DNA of 64,000 bases, taken from Octopus sinensis (taxonomy: Eukaryota). Each line of letters opens with the position of its first letter. Positions within the stretch are counted from its first letter, which is position 1. Below the pieces are notes generated by a model. The model was not told where the DNA came from. It did not search any database and saw nothing but the letters and a program-made list of their open reading frames with translations. Both the position numbers and the translations under genes were made by a program. Below, piece by piece: positions 23,656 to 37,246 of the stretch. The DNA is taken from positions 79,794,001 through 79,858,000 of the forward strand of contig NC_042998.1 of the NCBI RefSeq assembly GCF_006345805.1. The letters run 5' to 3'.

Positions 23656-24149
23656 TTCTTTATTTCCTTTGTTTTTTGTTTTGGTGTTTTTATTTTCACC
23701 TTGCTCATCATCATTATCAACCCCTAGACATTACTGCCTCAAGCTCTGGGAGTAACGGGACTGCTTACCCAGTTTCCGTGACACATAGGCGACCAAGATC
23801 CCAACATTCCCACTGAACGAGACAGCAGTCCATCACAGGGTCACTGATTTACAGCTGAGTGGAATGGGGCAATGTGAAATTAAGTGTTTTTGCTCAAGAG
23901 CACAACATATAACCCAGTTCAGGAACTGAAACCATGAGCTTGCAATTGTAAGTGCAACACCCTAACAACGAGGTCACACAACTTCACTAACTTGCTCAAA
24001 CTACCACAAAATCCTCTGAAGACATTCCGAACATTTTCTACTCCATTTAGTTTTTCATGGTTCTCCAGCATTTCATGACGATACATTGGGAGACAAGAGA
24101 TCTCAGTTGAAGATAAGCAATTTTATTTTTATGCTATTTTCTATTTATT

Positions 24150-24447
24150 TATGCACCGTTTTCAAGCCTAGGCAGGCTCATGGGCCCGGTTTCTGTGGCG
24201 TATGTGTTCCCCCCCAGCTGGACAGGACGCCAGTCCATCGCAGCATTACTCAAGAAACAGGAAGAAAGAGTAAGAGAAAGTTGTGGCAAAGGAGTACAAC
24301 AGGGGTTGCCACCACCCCCTGCCGGAGCTTCGTGGAACTTTAGGCGTTTGCGCTCAATAAACACACACAATGCCCGGTCTGAGAATTGAAACTGCGATCC
24401 TCCGACCGCGAGTTTGCTGCCCTAAACACTGGGCCATTGTGCCTCCA
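24150..24447 (-). mobile_element. tRNA-derived SINE (family A variant)
   Basis: The reverse complement reads ggaggcacaatggcccagtg...tcggaggatcgcagtttcaattc. The tail is shared with the 1333 copies. Confidence 0.85.
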
Positions 24448-26025
24448 ATTTTATGCTATACATTTTTTTCATTTACAAACTCAAAACTCTATAGCTGTGA
24501 GAAATCAGTAATCAACTCATAAATACACTAATAGTTGTTAAGTAATGGGTTAGAGACGGAAGTGAAAATACAACTCACTGGGACATTACATTTTAGTCAA
24601 GTCCTGTATATAAAAAGAAAAAAAAAACTACTGCTGAAGCTGAACAAGGCACTGGCAAGTGTGGATCAGAGGCTCTCTTTGCAACCATATGGTTCTGAGT
24701 TCCATCCTACTTTGTAGAACTTTTGGTAAGTGACTCTTGCTACCAGGATTATGATGCTAGTCCTTTACATGTACTTCTCCATCAAGACTGACTGAAACAT
24801 TCATCAATTCCACAATGCTGCTGTGGGAATTATTACATGGTTGTTTAACCTGCTAAAAATAGCAGTCAGATCTCCCTCTAAATTATACTGTTATCTTGGG
24901 AAAAAAAAGGACACATTGGATGTGATCTTGGATTCATTCTATCTCAGAAAAAAAAAACATGGGAGTCATGAATAGAAAGTCCTTGACTATAGGGCTTCTC
25001 AATGACAACCGGCCTCAACCTAACTATAACTTAGAACTACATGGACAAATTATTTTGAATTAAATGACTTGGTTACAGATAAAGCAGTGCTGGAATGAGG
25101 GTATGAACTTGTAAGCCCCAAAATACTTGATTCAACTACCCATATAAGAATGTAAGAGAAATCACATTGACAGTAACTGATAATAATAAAGTCATACACT
25201 TATGCAGAACATGAATCAATACTGAACTTTAAATTTAAAATAAAATACTATGCACTCTATTTAAAGTTTTGCACCTTATGAACAGCACAGATAACAATGA
25301 GACATTCATTGTTAAACATACCAAGTTATATGACCATGCTATCAATATTTTCAAGTACAGGGCAACAGTAGAGGAGGGAAAGTCAAGAGAAAGAGAGCAA
25401 TAGTTACTATACTTGTAATAAATGCAGATTTGAGAATAAATGATATTTAGGAGAGTAGCTTAACTACTGAAAACTAACTTCAAATAAAGTTTGCATGTTC
25501 ATTTGCAGCACACGTACAAAGCCTTAGAATTATAAGAATGGGGTGGTGGGAGCTGAGATTGTGTAATAGTTGGGGCTTAAAAAAAGTGATACAGAGGGTT
25601 GTGTAAGGGCCATCTAATATTATGAGGTGGAAGAGGCTGAGGTAAAGCTAACAGGAAGGGAGCAATGAAGGGAGTAATAGACTGGGGTGGAGAGGAATCC
25701 TGAGAGAATCCCTGAAGAAAAGAGAGGTGGTGTAGAAGTTTGTGGGGCTAGATCAGAGGGGCAAAAAATGAGGTGTTGAAGAGGCTGAGAGCTGTGACAG
25801 AGATAAGTTCTATTCTTTGTGGCTCTTTTGTTTTTTGTTTGTTTGCTTGTTTTTTTTGGCCTTTTTTTTTTTTGGCTTTTCTGTTTCAACTCATGTACTA
25901 TGCTTGTACTCTTAGCTATCATTGCCAGCTTTCATTACTTGACTTATTGCTGCTTTCTGTCTCCTCTTTTACCCTTTTCTCACAAGTTGCAGTGCACTGC
26001 ATTCAATAATCTCATTATTTATTAA

Positions 26026-26675
26026 GGTGAAAAGATGGCAGAAGCATGAGTGTGTCAGCATTTCTTCTAGCTCTTTACATTCTGAGTTCAAATCCCCCGA
26101 GATCAACTTTACCTTTCATCTTTTCAGGGTTGATGAAATAAAATACCAGTCAAGTACAGGGATTGATGTAAGTGACTAGTGCCCTTCCCTCAAAATTGGT
26201 GGCTTTGTGCCAAAATTAGAGAGAATTATTATTATTATATAGGCAGCAGACTGGTATCATTAGCACATCAGACAATTTCATCTGGCTCTTTATGTTCTGA
26301 GTTCAATTCCTACTGAGGGTCAACTTTGTCTTTCATCCTTTCAGAGTTGATAAAATAAGTACCAGTTGTATGGTAGGTTCAATGTAATCAACTTCACCCT
26401 CCCCTCAGAATATTTGGCCCTGTGCCAAACTCAGAATTATTATTATTATTATTGTTAATTTTATGGTGGCAAACAGTAGAATCGTTAGCATGCCAAGTGA
26501 AATGCTTAATGGTATTTTGTCTGCTACTATGTTCTGAATTCAAATTCCGCCAAGGTCAACTTTGCCTTTCATCCTTTCAGAGGTTGATAAAATAAGTACC
26601 AGCTGAGTACTGAGGTTGATGCAATCGACTTACCCATTCATCTGAAATTGCTAGCCTTGCGCCAAAATCTGAAAT
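26026..26675 (+). mobile_element. Three consecutive decayed family-C SINEs
   Basis: ttctgagttcaa...tcaactttgcctttcatc...aagtaccag occurs three times, separated by (ATT)n. Confidence 0.8.
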
Positions 26676-26680
26676 CATCA

Positions 26681-26714
<34 letters not shown>

Positions 26715-27929
26715 AATCGATCTAACACAGCTCTGTATAACAGACAATTTCAAAACTAACACTTTACCTCTCATAAAATACACATTAGACCTCTGTCTGA
26801 TCAAATGGCCCAAGTTTAAAACTTTATTGTTTGCTTGGCTAAACAGTGACAATCCCATCTTGATTATGGCACAAGGATAAAATGCATGATTCCATTAAAA
26901 ACAAAAGTAAATTTTATAGCAGATTTGATGGTTTGGTTTATTATTTATTGATGAGAGACCTTTCAGGTCTTGACTGCTCTGTATACAAACATCCACCAAA
27001 AAATAGGAGCAGCTGTCATTATTTGACAACATTAGAAGGAAAAGTATTCAAATTGCTTACACAGATATGTCATCTGCATTAAAAAAATGATAGCTAAATT
27101 AATGTTAATATATTGAATGTAGGAAGCGTTAAGAATTGAATGAGAAAGATTTATGCTGTGAGGATAACATGATATGACTAATATCATTTTAATCATTTCA
27201 ACAAGTCCAGACAGGATTTGCTCCATTAGACTTCATCTAGAAAGCACAGATTTCAATATAGTTCCCAAAGTAATGACAGATTCCTTTAAAAATTGTACAA
27301 TATGGTAACATAGGTTGGGGTGAAAATTATGATAATGAACAAATCAATGAGGTTAAATACTCGAAGATGTCATCTGCATAAAAACAACAATAGTTAAGTT
27401 ATACACCCGAACCATCTCCATGATCAGACATGTTTTCACAGAAGACTGGAAATGAAGAAGAATGCTTTGGAACTGATCCCAAACAACATGGTTTGGAAGC
27501 AAACTTCTTAACCACACAAACATACTGAAAACAGCAATGACTATATGTATTTATCATAATAACCTTCCTTTACTATTCCTCAATACCTAAACAAGATTCT
27601 AGTTGACTATGTTATTGATTATAGCAAAGAAAAAGAGGGAGAAAAGAGGAGAGACAGGGAGCAGGAACTGATGAGGTGTCTCAATGGAGTTGCTAAACCT
27701 ACTGGAAATAGCAAGTAAATCTCCCTCAAATTACAGTATACTGACTTTAAAATTAAAAAGAAATATTAAATTGAATAATGTATACTTGAGGCAATCTAAA
27801 AAAATATAATTCAAAAAGGATGTTTAAAGAGTTTATAAAATGTTAAATGAATCAACTCATAAAGTTAGTGGTTAGAGCTAGTTTTAAAGCAGTAATCAGT
27901 TGATAGAAATCTCCCTATGAACAATACCC

Positions 27930-28158
27930 TTAACCCTTTAGTATTTTAACCGGCCATATCCGGCCAAAATATTTAATCTGTTTTATGCTCAAACTGACCA
28001 GATCCAGGCTCTCACACACCTACCCTACAATGTTATTCTACATTAAGTAATTACACCATCAAGATCTTGAAGATATGGGATAATGCATGATTAATTCAAA
28101 TCAATGTGAATCAATAAGCATTATGTTTGATAGAATAATCTGAACACTAAAGGGTAAA
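27930..28158. mobile_element. piggyBac-like (TTAA) MITE
   Basis: ttaa|ccctttagt ... actaaaggg|taaa. A decayed second copy lies at ~40125-40330. Confidence 0.75.
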
Positions 28159-29294
28159 GGTAACTTTACTAAAACACCTAATAACAAATCCCACAGGATA
28201 AGTCAAATTATATTATTAAACATTCATTTATCCTCTGAATGTTTTATTCTTCTGTTCTGATATAATAAATTTGAGCCATGAACGAGATTCAAATTAACTT
28301 CTTAACCTTCGATTAACACTTGTATATAATCCCCAGAATTTTCACGTAACGCTATTATTGTGTAGAAATGTTCGTTTCTCTGAATATCAAGGAAGACTCA
28401 ATCAACAGGTAGATAAGCATCAACACCCTCATAAAATATTTTTTTTAAATGCCACATAAATAACTCAAATCCATGTATGTGTACAGAAATAGGTGCATAT
28501 ATCGCCATCATTATACAATTGTTTTCCACTCTGGAATAAGTTAGGTCCTGCTCACTCCCTGCACACTTGGCCTCATGGCATCTAGTACAAATAAGACAAA
28601 ATAACAACCATGTTGAGCATGACTTTATTTTTGACAAGGTTTTCACAGCTAGATGCCCTTCCCATCAACAACTACTTTATTGATACACACGTATATAAAC
28701 TCACACATGTTCTTGCGTGCGCGAACACATATACATACACACACATACGTGTAAGAAGGAAAAAAGAACGAAAGAAATTTTTTGCCACTTGAGTACAAGT
28801 GGATAATTATGAGTAAATTATGTAGAAAAATAGGATCAAGGAAATCTAAAGTATTAAAGAGGATTAGTTATTATATTAAACAGATTATAAACAACAAAAA
28901 CAAAAGGATAAATAAAATAGATTTCAGAAATAGGATTAGAATCAAATAGTTAAAATTGAATATAAACAAAGAGATTATCCACAAGATTAATTGGTATGAA
29001 AATGACAAACAGTTGAGAGTAATAAGTAAAATTAAGGCAGTCTAGGGACTTGTTATGAAAATGTAAAATAAAGATTAAGCAGAATCGAGTGCAAGCAGAT
29101 AACATTACGAAACTTAACCATTAATTCAAAGATATCCACAGGTAGACGTGGTTGCCAAAGTTAATTTGGAAGTGGTAAAGTCAGATCTAAGACTACTGAA
29201 TGTTACAGATAAAATGAATCAGATCTGAGCTTCATCAACAACATTACGGAATTCTTTCGAGTAGCAAAGTAGGGGTGAAAAGAAAGCATTTCGC

Positions 29295-31078
29295 AGTGAG
29301 CCGGCAGAACCGTTAGTGTCATGTATTACCTGAGTAATACATGACACCTGTATTACTCAGGTGTCATGAGTTCAAATTCCACCGAGGTCGACTTTGCGTT
29401 TCATCCTTCCGAGGTTGATAAAATGGTAACTTGAGTCCTAGGGGTCGATAAAATCGACTAATCCCCTCCCCGCAAATTTCAGGCTTTGTGCTTACAGTAG
29501 AAAGGATTATTAAAGTCGTTAGCACGCCGGAATAAAATGCTTAGCAGCATTTCGTCCGTCTTTACGTTCTGATTTCAAATTCCGGCGTGGTCGACTTTGT
29601 CATCCTTTAGGAGTCGATGAACTAATTACCAGTTGTGCACTGGCTTGGATGAAATCGACTAACATTCACCCCAGAAAATTTCAGGCCTTGTGCCTATATT
29701 AAAAAGGATTACTACTACTATTATTATAATTGTTATTAGGTGACGGGAGGTTGGCGAGCCGTCAGAATCGTTAGCACGCCGGGCAAAATGTTTAGCGGCA
29801 TTTCGTCCGTTTTTACTTTCTGAGTTCAAATTCCGCCGAGGTCGACTTTGCTTTTTATTCTTTCAGGATCAATAAAATAAATACCAGTCGAGCACTGGAT
29901 CGATGTAATCGATTTATCCCCTTCCCCAAAATTTCTGGTGTTGTGCAAAAATGCGAACCCACGTTTATTCGGTGGCGAGCTGGCAGAATCGTTAGCACGC
30001 CGGGCAAAATGTTTAGCGGCATTTCGTCCGTTTTTACTTTCTGAGTTCAAATTCCGCCGAGGTCGACTTTGCTTTTTATTCTTTCAGGATCAATAAAATA
30101 AATACCAGTCGAGCACTGGATCGATGTAATCGATTTAACCCCTTCCCCAAAATTTCTGGTGTTGTGCAAAAATGCGAACCCACGTTTATTCGGTGGGGAG
30201 CTGGCAGAATCGTTAGCACGCCGGGCAAAATGTTTAGCGGCATTTCGTCCGTTTTTACTTTCTGAGTTCAAATTCCGCCGAGGTCGACTTTGCTTTTTAT
30301 TCTTTCAGGATCAATAAAATAAATACCAGTCGAGCACTGGATCGATGTAATCGATTTAACCCCTTCCCCAAAATTTCTGGTGTTGTGCAAAAATGCGAAC
30401 CCACGTTTATTCGGTGGCGAGCTGGCAGAACCGTTAGCACGCCGGGCAAAATGTTTAGCGGCATTTCGTCCGTCTTTACTTTCTGAGTTCAAATTCCGCC
30501 GAGGTCGACTTTGCTTTTTATTCTTTCAGGATCAATAAAATAAATACCAGTCGAGCACTGGATCGATGTAATCGATTTATCCCCTCCCCCAAAATTTCTG
30601 GTGTTGTGCAAAAATGCGAACCCACGTTTATTCGGTGGCGAGCTGGCAGAACCGTTAGCACGCCGGGCAAAATGTTTAGCGGCATTTCGTCCGTCTTTAC
30701 TTTCTGAGTTCAAATTCCGCCGAGGTCGACTTTGCTTTTTATTCTTTCAGGATCAATAAAATAAATACCAGTCGAGCACTGGATCGATGTAATCGATTTA
30801 TCCCCTCCCCCAAAATTTCTGGTGTTGTGCAAAAATGCGAACCCACGTTTATTCGGTGGCGAGCTGGCAGAACCGTTAGACCATAAAAGAAAATACTTAG
30901 CGGTACTTCTAGCCTTACATTCTTAGTTCAAATTCTGACGAGGTTGCCTTACCTTTCATCCATTAAGGACCGATAAGATAAGTACCAGTTGAGCACTGGG
31001 GGTTGATGTAAATCGACTAGCCACCCGCCCCCACCTCCCCCGAAAGTTTCACGCCTATAATAAAAAGGATTATTATTA
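29295..31078 (+). mobile_element. Same-orientation cluster of family-C SINEs
   Basis: About eight consecutive copies of gttcaaattcc..gtcgactttg, including the tandem array. Confidence 0.9.
29753..30879 (+). repeat. 221-bp tandem array (5 units plus a short partial) derived from a SINE
   Basis: Near-identical ORFs recur every 221 nt (29826, 30047, 30268, 30489); few substitutions between units. Confidence 0.97.
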
Positions 31079-34024
31079 TGTATTAATTTCATCTTTGTAT
31101 ATCTAAATATGTCAAATATTTATATCTACACTACATTTTAATCGATTTGATTTCCAATCATTATCAGATGTATTACTCAGGTGTCATGTTCGTGGTACCA
31201 AACTAGATTTGAAATTAAGATATTTCGGTTCGAATCCAGTTTGGTAACACAGACACCTTCAACAATAAAACAGTTGGAAATCGAACAGATCGAAACAATG
31301 TTAAAATACGTTTCTCTCAAAAGACGAGGATAATATTTCTGTAGTTCTATCATTGTATTGTGGATGTGCTGGGGTACCGCTTTCAAAGGTTTAGTTTGTC
31401 ACATTGATCTCGCTATTCATTTCCTCATTCTCTATTTGTCGAAACAGTAAATTATAGAATATACGTAAATTAGTTTTAAGACAGGCATGGACACAGATAC
31501 AATAAATCACACACACATGGCGAGCTGGTACACTGTTTCCGTCCACCAAATTCTACTCACAAGGTATTGGGTAACTTGAATATATAGTAAAAGATGCTTG
31601 CCTAAGGGGACATGCAGTACGATCGAACCTGAAACCAGGTGGTTGCGAAGCAAACGGCATTAAACATAAAGCCATACCAGCGCTTAGTACGGAAAATTAT
31701 AAAATTCTATAGTTTTAGACTTTTATTCAGTCCCAATTTAAGGTTTAGTGTGTCCCTGACATGTTACAAAGGCATAGGTACACCAGGCAGTTGCCCGAGG
31801 ACCCTATGAGTCTAGTGACCCAATGGTAGTCTATGTATACTATGGATATGTATGCAGGGCTCCCAGTGCACGGCTGTGTCTGGGAGCCAATAATGTTCAG
31901 ATGGTTCTGCATCTATTGAAAAATTGATATCTACTAAATCAATATCATACCATGTTTTCCTTTTTTTTTTTTTTTCCTTCATGAAATGGATATTTCAAAA
32001 TTCAGTTTGACTATGGCAGAGAGTGTCGTTTCTTTACAGTATTTGAAGTTGCTTCATTTTTATTATAGCACATGCAAAAAGCGGTGAGCTGGCACACCGG
32101 ACACCATGCTTAGCGGCATTCTTCCGGGTTTACGTTCTGAGTTCAAATCCGCGAGGTCAACTTTGCGTTTCATTCTTTTGGAGTCGATAAAATACCCATC
32201 AGTTGAACACTGGGGTCGATGTAATCGACTAGCCCTGTCCACCCCAACCCCTCAAATGTCAGGCCTTGTGCCTAAAGTAAAATGGATTATTAAACATTAA
32301 AAAACATTAAAACTAAGTATTTGAAAACTTTTTGGATTTTCGTCTGAATATTGTCATTTCTGATTGATTAATCAGATAGGATTCTATCAAATTGGTATCA
32401 ATTTTAATTGATATTCTCCTCTCCTCTCCCTCTTTACTGGATGTTAACAGCGACTACCAAAGACTAAATTTCGACAGATTCTTCAATCCGATCAACTGTT
32501 TTAAAACAAAGCTAAATGATAAAACTAAATGTCAATTTTCAAAGTAAAAATATTCTGAATAATATATTTGGTGTATCAGAATACATCGACATTTTCCAAT
32601 AAATCAAGATAGTCACACAGCATATGTGTTTGTGTATATCAATGTGTTTCTATATATTGGAGTGTTCATGAGTGCGCGCGCGTATATGTACGCACACACG
32701 CGCGCGCGCGTCTATATTTCAAGAGATCTGGAAATAAAGGTAAATTGCATTGGTGATAGGTAATAATGGCTACCCTAATGGCTGATAGTTCAAAATGTTT
32801 TTTACACTTCATTAAGCAAGAAATCGGGAGAGAAGAAATCAAAATAAAAATTGAACAAATAGCAAGGGAAAATATAGACATATTTAATCACCAGCAGAAG
32901 ACGAAGAAAAAGTGAATAATTGCAACAGTTAAAAGATGGACGTAGTTGAAGAATGAAATATGAGGTAAGCAGTAGACATATCGCTAAAGCAATTTAATCA
33001 ATTAAAACGTATACTTCACCATGAAATGGCTCTTGCATGAGATAGTTAATAATAGGAAAACGGGTTATTTGCAAATTATCAACTTGTGCCTTAATAAACT
33101 GCTTTGAGTAATAATAATAGCACGGTTATGAAAATAGGCGTGGCCCATTCCAGGCATTCTTCGCTTTAAAGATCGCTGCTACCACTTGTCACAACAGTTT
33201 CGGAATAATTTTAACATTTATTAATATTTATAAGAGAGAGAACGACAAAGAAAGAGATAAATAGATGAGGAATAAAGAGTAAGAGGCAGATAAGAACAGA
33301 GAAATAAAGAGGGAAAGAGGAAAGAATTGACAAATAGATAAAGAGGGATAGAGAGTGAGAGAGATAGGGAGAGAGCGATGCAGTAGCACACCTTTCTTAG
33401 CAAAGTGCATGCATATCTATAAAGCTTGACTGAAATATGTCTGTTCCTCCTGACAGACACCACATTATGTGTTTATCCCTCAATGCGTAGCAAAAAAGAA
33501 AAATTCGACTGAATCTAGCAACGGTTGCTGTTATAGTCTTCAAAGCAGGTTTTGTATTAAAAAGAAATAAATGCAATAAATACGGACAGTGGAGCCGAAC
33601 ATTCCATTCATATACGGGAGAAATTAAATACCTACGCGGAGATTAGATGAAAATTTCAAAAATCACGGGGGTGGAGAAACGGGGGATATATTTTTCTATA
33701 TTTTCCTTAATTATATATCTGTGGGTATGAGAGAGAAGTTGTAATACTTATAGAAAATATAAAACTACTTAGAAAAGGTGAGCCGAAAATTGTATTTAAT
33801 TTTAAGAAATTCAATTAGTTAAAAACGAATAAGCGGATAGTGCACTGGGAGCCAAGTGCAAAAAAAAAACGGAACTAACTGGGGTCGTCTCAAATATTTA
33901 AAAGGGACAAAATAAACTATAACCCCCACTCTTTTTCTTCCCTCTTACTCAGAGTGCTTTCGGAATTAGCATGTGGAAAAAACATCGAAGGCTTACTTTA
34001 AAGACCTTTGTTTTCTTTTAACAG

Positions 34025-34070
34025 AAAGTGACAGGAGCTTCATACGTGAGAAGAAAATGGTGCACTGCAG
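34025..34070 (+). other. Candidate small exon containing ATG (MVHC...)
   Basis: Acceptor tttgttttcttttaacag|, donor CAG|gtgagc, aaaATGG at 34057. Splice motifs only. Confidence 0.35.
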
Positions 34071-34287
34071 GTGAGCAAGGGAAACTGAAAATATCACACA
34101 TACACGTTCAATTCCTCTGACTGGATTTTATACACTATATTTTTTTTTTGATAAACAGAGGTGAGAATGAATTCGAAGCATATCTGTGTAGGTGTGCTTT
34201 ATATAGTTCTTTTATCAGAAACCTGTTTTATGTAGATCCTCCAATAACATTTTTCTTTATAAGGTTGTAAATAAATTCCAAAAAATT

Positions 34288-34318
<31 letters not shown>

Positions 34319-34402
34319 GCAGAGACAGACAGACAAATGGATAGATAGAGAGATATATATATATACAGACAGACAGATAGAGAGAGAGACAGATAGATAA
34401 AG

Positions 34403-34469
<67 letters not shown>

Positions 34470-34548
34470 CAGACAAACAGACATAGATAGGTAGACAGAC
34501 ATAGATAGATAGACAGACAAACAGACATAGATAGATAGATAGATAGAT
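34288..34548. repeat. (GATA)n/(GACA)n microsatellite
   Basis: Long agat/agac runs; source of the LSIY ORFs. Confidence 0.97.
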
Positions 34549-35477
34549 AATTTGTTTGATCAATCATACATCACTTATATCAAATAAATAAAACTATATT
34601 TGCCTTTCGTTTCGAAATTTGGTAGCTGTTTGTGTAGTATTTTCATGTAGAATCTTCGTTGAGAATGTTGGAAAGAAGCTTCTGATAAATCCTCCGACGG
34701 TAAAAGCACTAATTTTTCTTAAGACATCGCGTCGAGGAGGTAAAAAAAAAAAGAACCTCTCGGAAACGAGCTGTTCGTTCTTCGCTGAAAATGCCGATGA
34801 ATATGAAAGTGCCAAATCAATGATTGCAAAAACAAACACACACACACACACAATAAAAAAAGAGAGAGAGAAGGAAATATGCTTTTCAGTGTTGGCCCAT
34901 CCTTGATGTAGTTGGGCAGAACTATTCAACAGCTTACATGCTTCTCTCTTCAGTACCGAAGCCAACTACCAACACACACGAGCCAATGAGGGAGCATCTA
35001 TGTGGTCGCTCGACCTTCTAGAAATAGTAGCGAAAATCTTTCAGAACACAAGCTACTATCGTTCAATGAAAAGAGGAAAGGAAAAGACATTGTAGTGTGA
35101 GATAAACTGGAGAAACTGGACGGTCACGGCTAGAATGCTTTTAATTATAATTTTGCTTGATGAAAGCTAAACGATTATTACTGACAAGTTGAGGCTTCGT
35201 TTCAAACTGCTATATTTTCACAAACCTTTGAACACGCGTAAAATCATTCGCTTACTCTGACAATTTTACCATTAAAGCGCAACTATCTTATGTCATTTGT
35301 ATTTACCTTTATTAATTAGAATAATAATAAAATAGATAATTAAAATATGCAAAATACCCAGGCATTCATTAATAGCCTACTAGATTTTTAATTAAACTGG
35401 ATCTTGGCCCTTTCAAAACAGTTCAGAGACTGCGTTTAAGGTGCGCTTACATGTTGAACAACAATGAAATACATAAC

Positions 35478-35640
35478 CGTTGATTTGGCGGGTATGGACA
35501 GGATGCGTCATTGTTTCTTTATAGGTATGATTTGGCGGGTATGGGAGAACCACATCATTGTTTCTCATATATACATAGGTATGATTTGGCGGGTAATAGA
35601 AGAAATCGGTTATTGTTTTTTTATGATAGGTATGTTGCAG
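35478..35640 (+). repeat. Degenerate ~50-bp tandem repeat carrying tgatttggcgggta x3
   Basis: Motif at 35481, 35528 and 35582; the units share attgttt...ataggtatg. Confidence 0.8.
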
Positions 35641-37246
35641 GATATGTTAACGAAGAAGTAAGAGAAGCTTGTTCCGTAATGTCATTAGCGACGCTAAGTT
35701 CCCAGCTGGATATTGAAACCCGGTCGCAGGTTCCACTGACAACATCATATAACAGCGGTCACGGAATAGATGAAACAAATGTGCGTTTATGGTGGATTAT
35801 CAATAAACGTACCTGTCCACAACACGTAATAACATGACACGCGCATGTTATTTCAGAAAGCTTTTGTCAAGTTTTTAAGAAAATAGATATTTTACACTTG
35901 AATCTGAGAGAAGATAATTGCAATTGCTCTAGTGAGGAAAGGAGACAAAAATTAAAGAAAATATCAATTTTCAGTCATTTATTTATTCCTTTTTTTTAAA
36001 TTCAATTTCCCGTACACTGTATCTTGTGATAATCTAGATATGTGTACAAAATACATGAGGGTGTATATACAAATAAGATTATGTATGCGCGTGTATATTC
36101 ATTCATTCATTCATTCATTCATTCAAATACTTTGTTTTTGTTTTTTTATAAAACCGCTTTTTGTTTTAGTTAATAGTGAATTTCTAATTTCAATTTATTA
36201 TTAATTTGATATATTCCTGTTTAATTTATGTGTAATATAGTCCCCATATTTGTTAACATCTTGATATATTGACAGGTCTCTAATTCGTTAACAATATTGA
36301 TTACTTATGACAAGACGACGCGACTCACTGAAATTTTGGAGACAAAATGAGGTTGCGTAATGTCCATCCTTTTCTCGGCGGTATTAACAATGTATTGACG
36401 TCTTGCATAAGCACAAGGTCTCATATATTAGGTAACAGGGGGAAAGAAGATTGAGACATTTACGCTTATTACAAAGTGACAGCCTGCTTGGTTTATATCT
36501 TTACGTCGATTTAAAACATGACATTTTCAAAATTAAACAAATATCTACGGCGTTCATGCCTTTCCATCGGCATTGACCATATAATTGTACCCTTATCAGT
36601 ATTAACTTTGTTAACTTTTAATTTATTGAATAAAAAAAATTACCCGAAATGTTTGCTACAAATGTTTTAAGAAATGCTATTATTACACGATAGCTTCTTT
36701 TCCCTACAAGATAATTTTTTTCCTGTAGAGCTTTGGTATTGTAAAATACAGTGATTTTAAGTGGCAACCGAAACTGACTCGAGAAATGCTGTTGCACCAA
36801 ACCATTACCATATTGATCTTGCTATATCTTACCTAAATCATGTATAAATCCACATGTTCATTTTTTTTTTCCTTTTCTTTTTTAGCCCTGATGAGTAAGG
36901 CATTTTAATCGTAGTCTGTACACTTTTGAATTTATAGTATAACCAGGACTTTTTATTGATTACGTCTTTCTGCGCCGGTCGGGTGTGATTAGAGGGAGAT
37001 TTGGCTGCTGTTTCTAAAAGCTCGATCGCCCGTGTAAAACGAAGATAGACCTTTTTAATATGAATGGGGAATTGTAAGTGCATGACAACCCGTTGCATAG
37101 CTGTTATGCAAATGGATAACAACACGTCAATATCGAGAAAAATAACGAATCTTTAATTTGCAAACCCATAGCTTGGCAACTTAAACTTTACTGATATAGT
37201 TTTCAGTTTTATATATATGTTTTTTTATTATTTTGTTTCCATACAG

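Noticed and set aside
27067-27402. Short direct repeat gatgtcatctgcat..aaaa..atag.taa.tta at ~27067 and ~27367
   Set aside because: Too short and diverged to define an element or a TSD.
29826-30713. Four repeated 74-aa ORFs resembling a tandem gene family or CRISPR-like array
   Set aside because: Antisense translation of SINE units; there are no unique spacers and no cas genes, and the context is eukaryotic.
32672-32711. Alternating purine-pyrimidine, CG-rich near-palindrome
   Set aside because: Z-DNA-prone but typical of decayed (CA)/(CG) microsatellites; no further support for function.
34057-34070. MVHC start resembling the Lhx1/Lim1 N-terminus
   Set aside because: The next codon begins AG (Ser/Arg), not Ala, and no LIM-domain exon was found downstream.
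36887-36930. CTGATGAG hammerhead-like box (also at 27668 and 51248)
   Set aside because: No stem II followed by GAAA; the 36887 motif lies in an unrelated decayed repeat.
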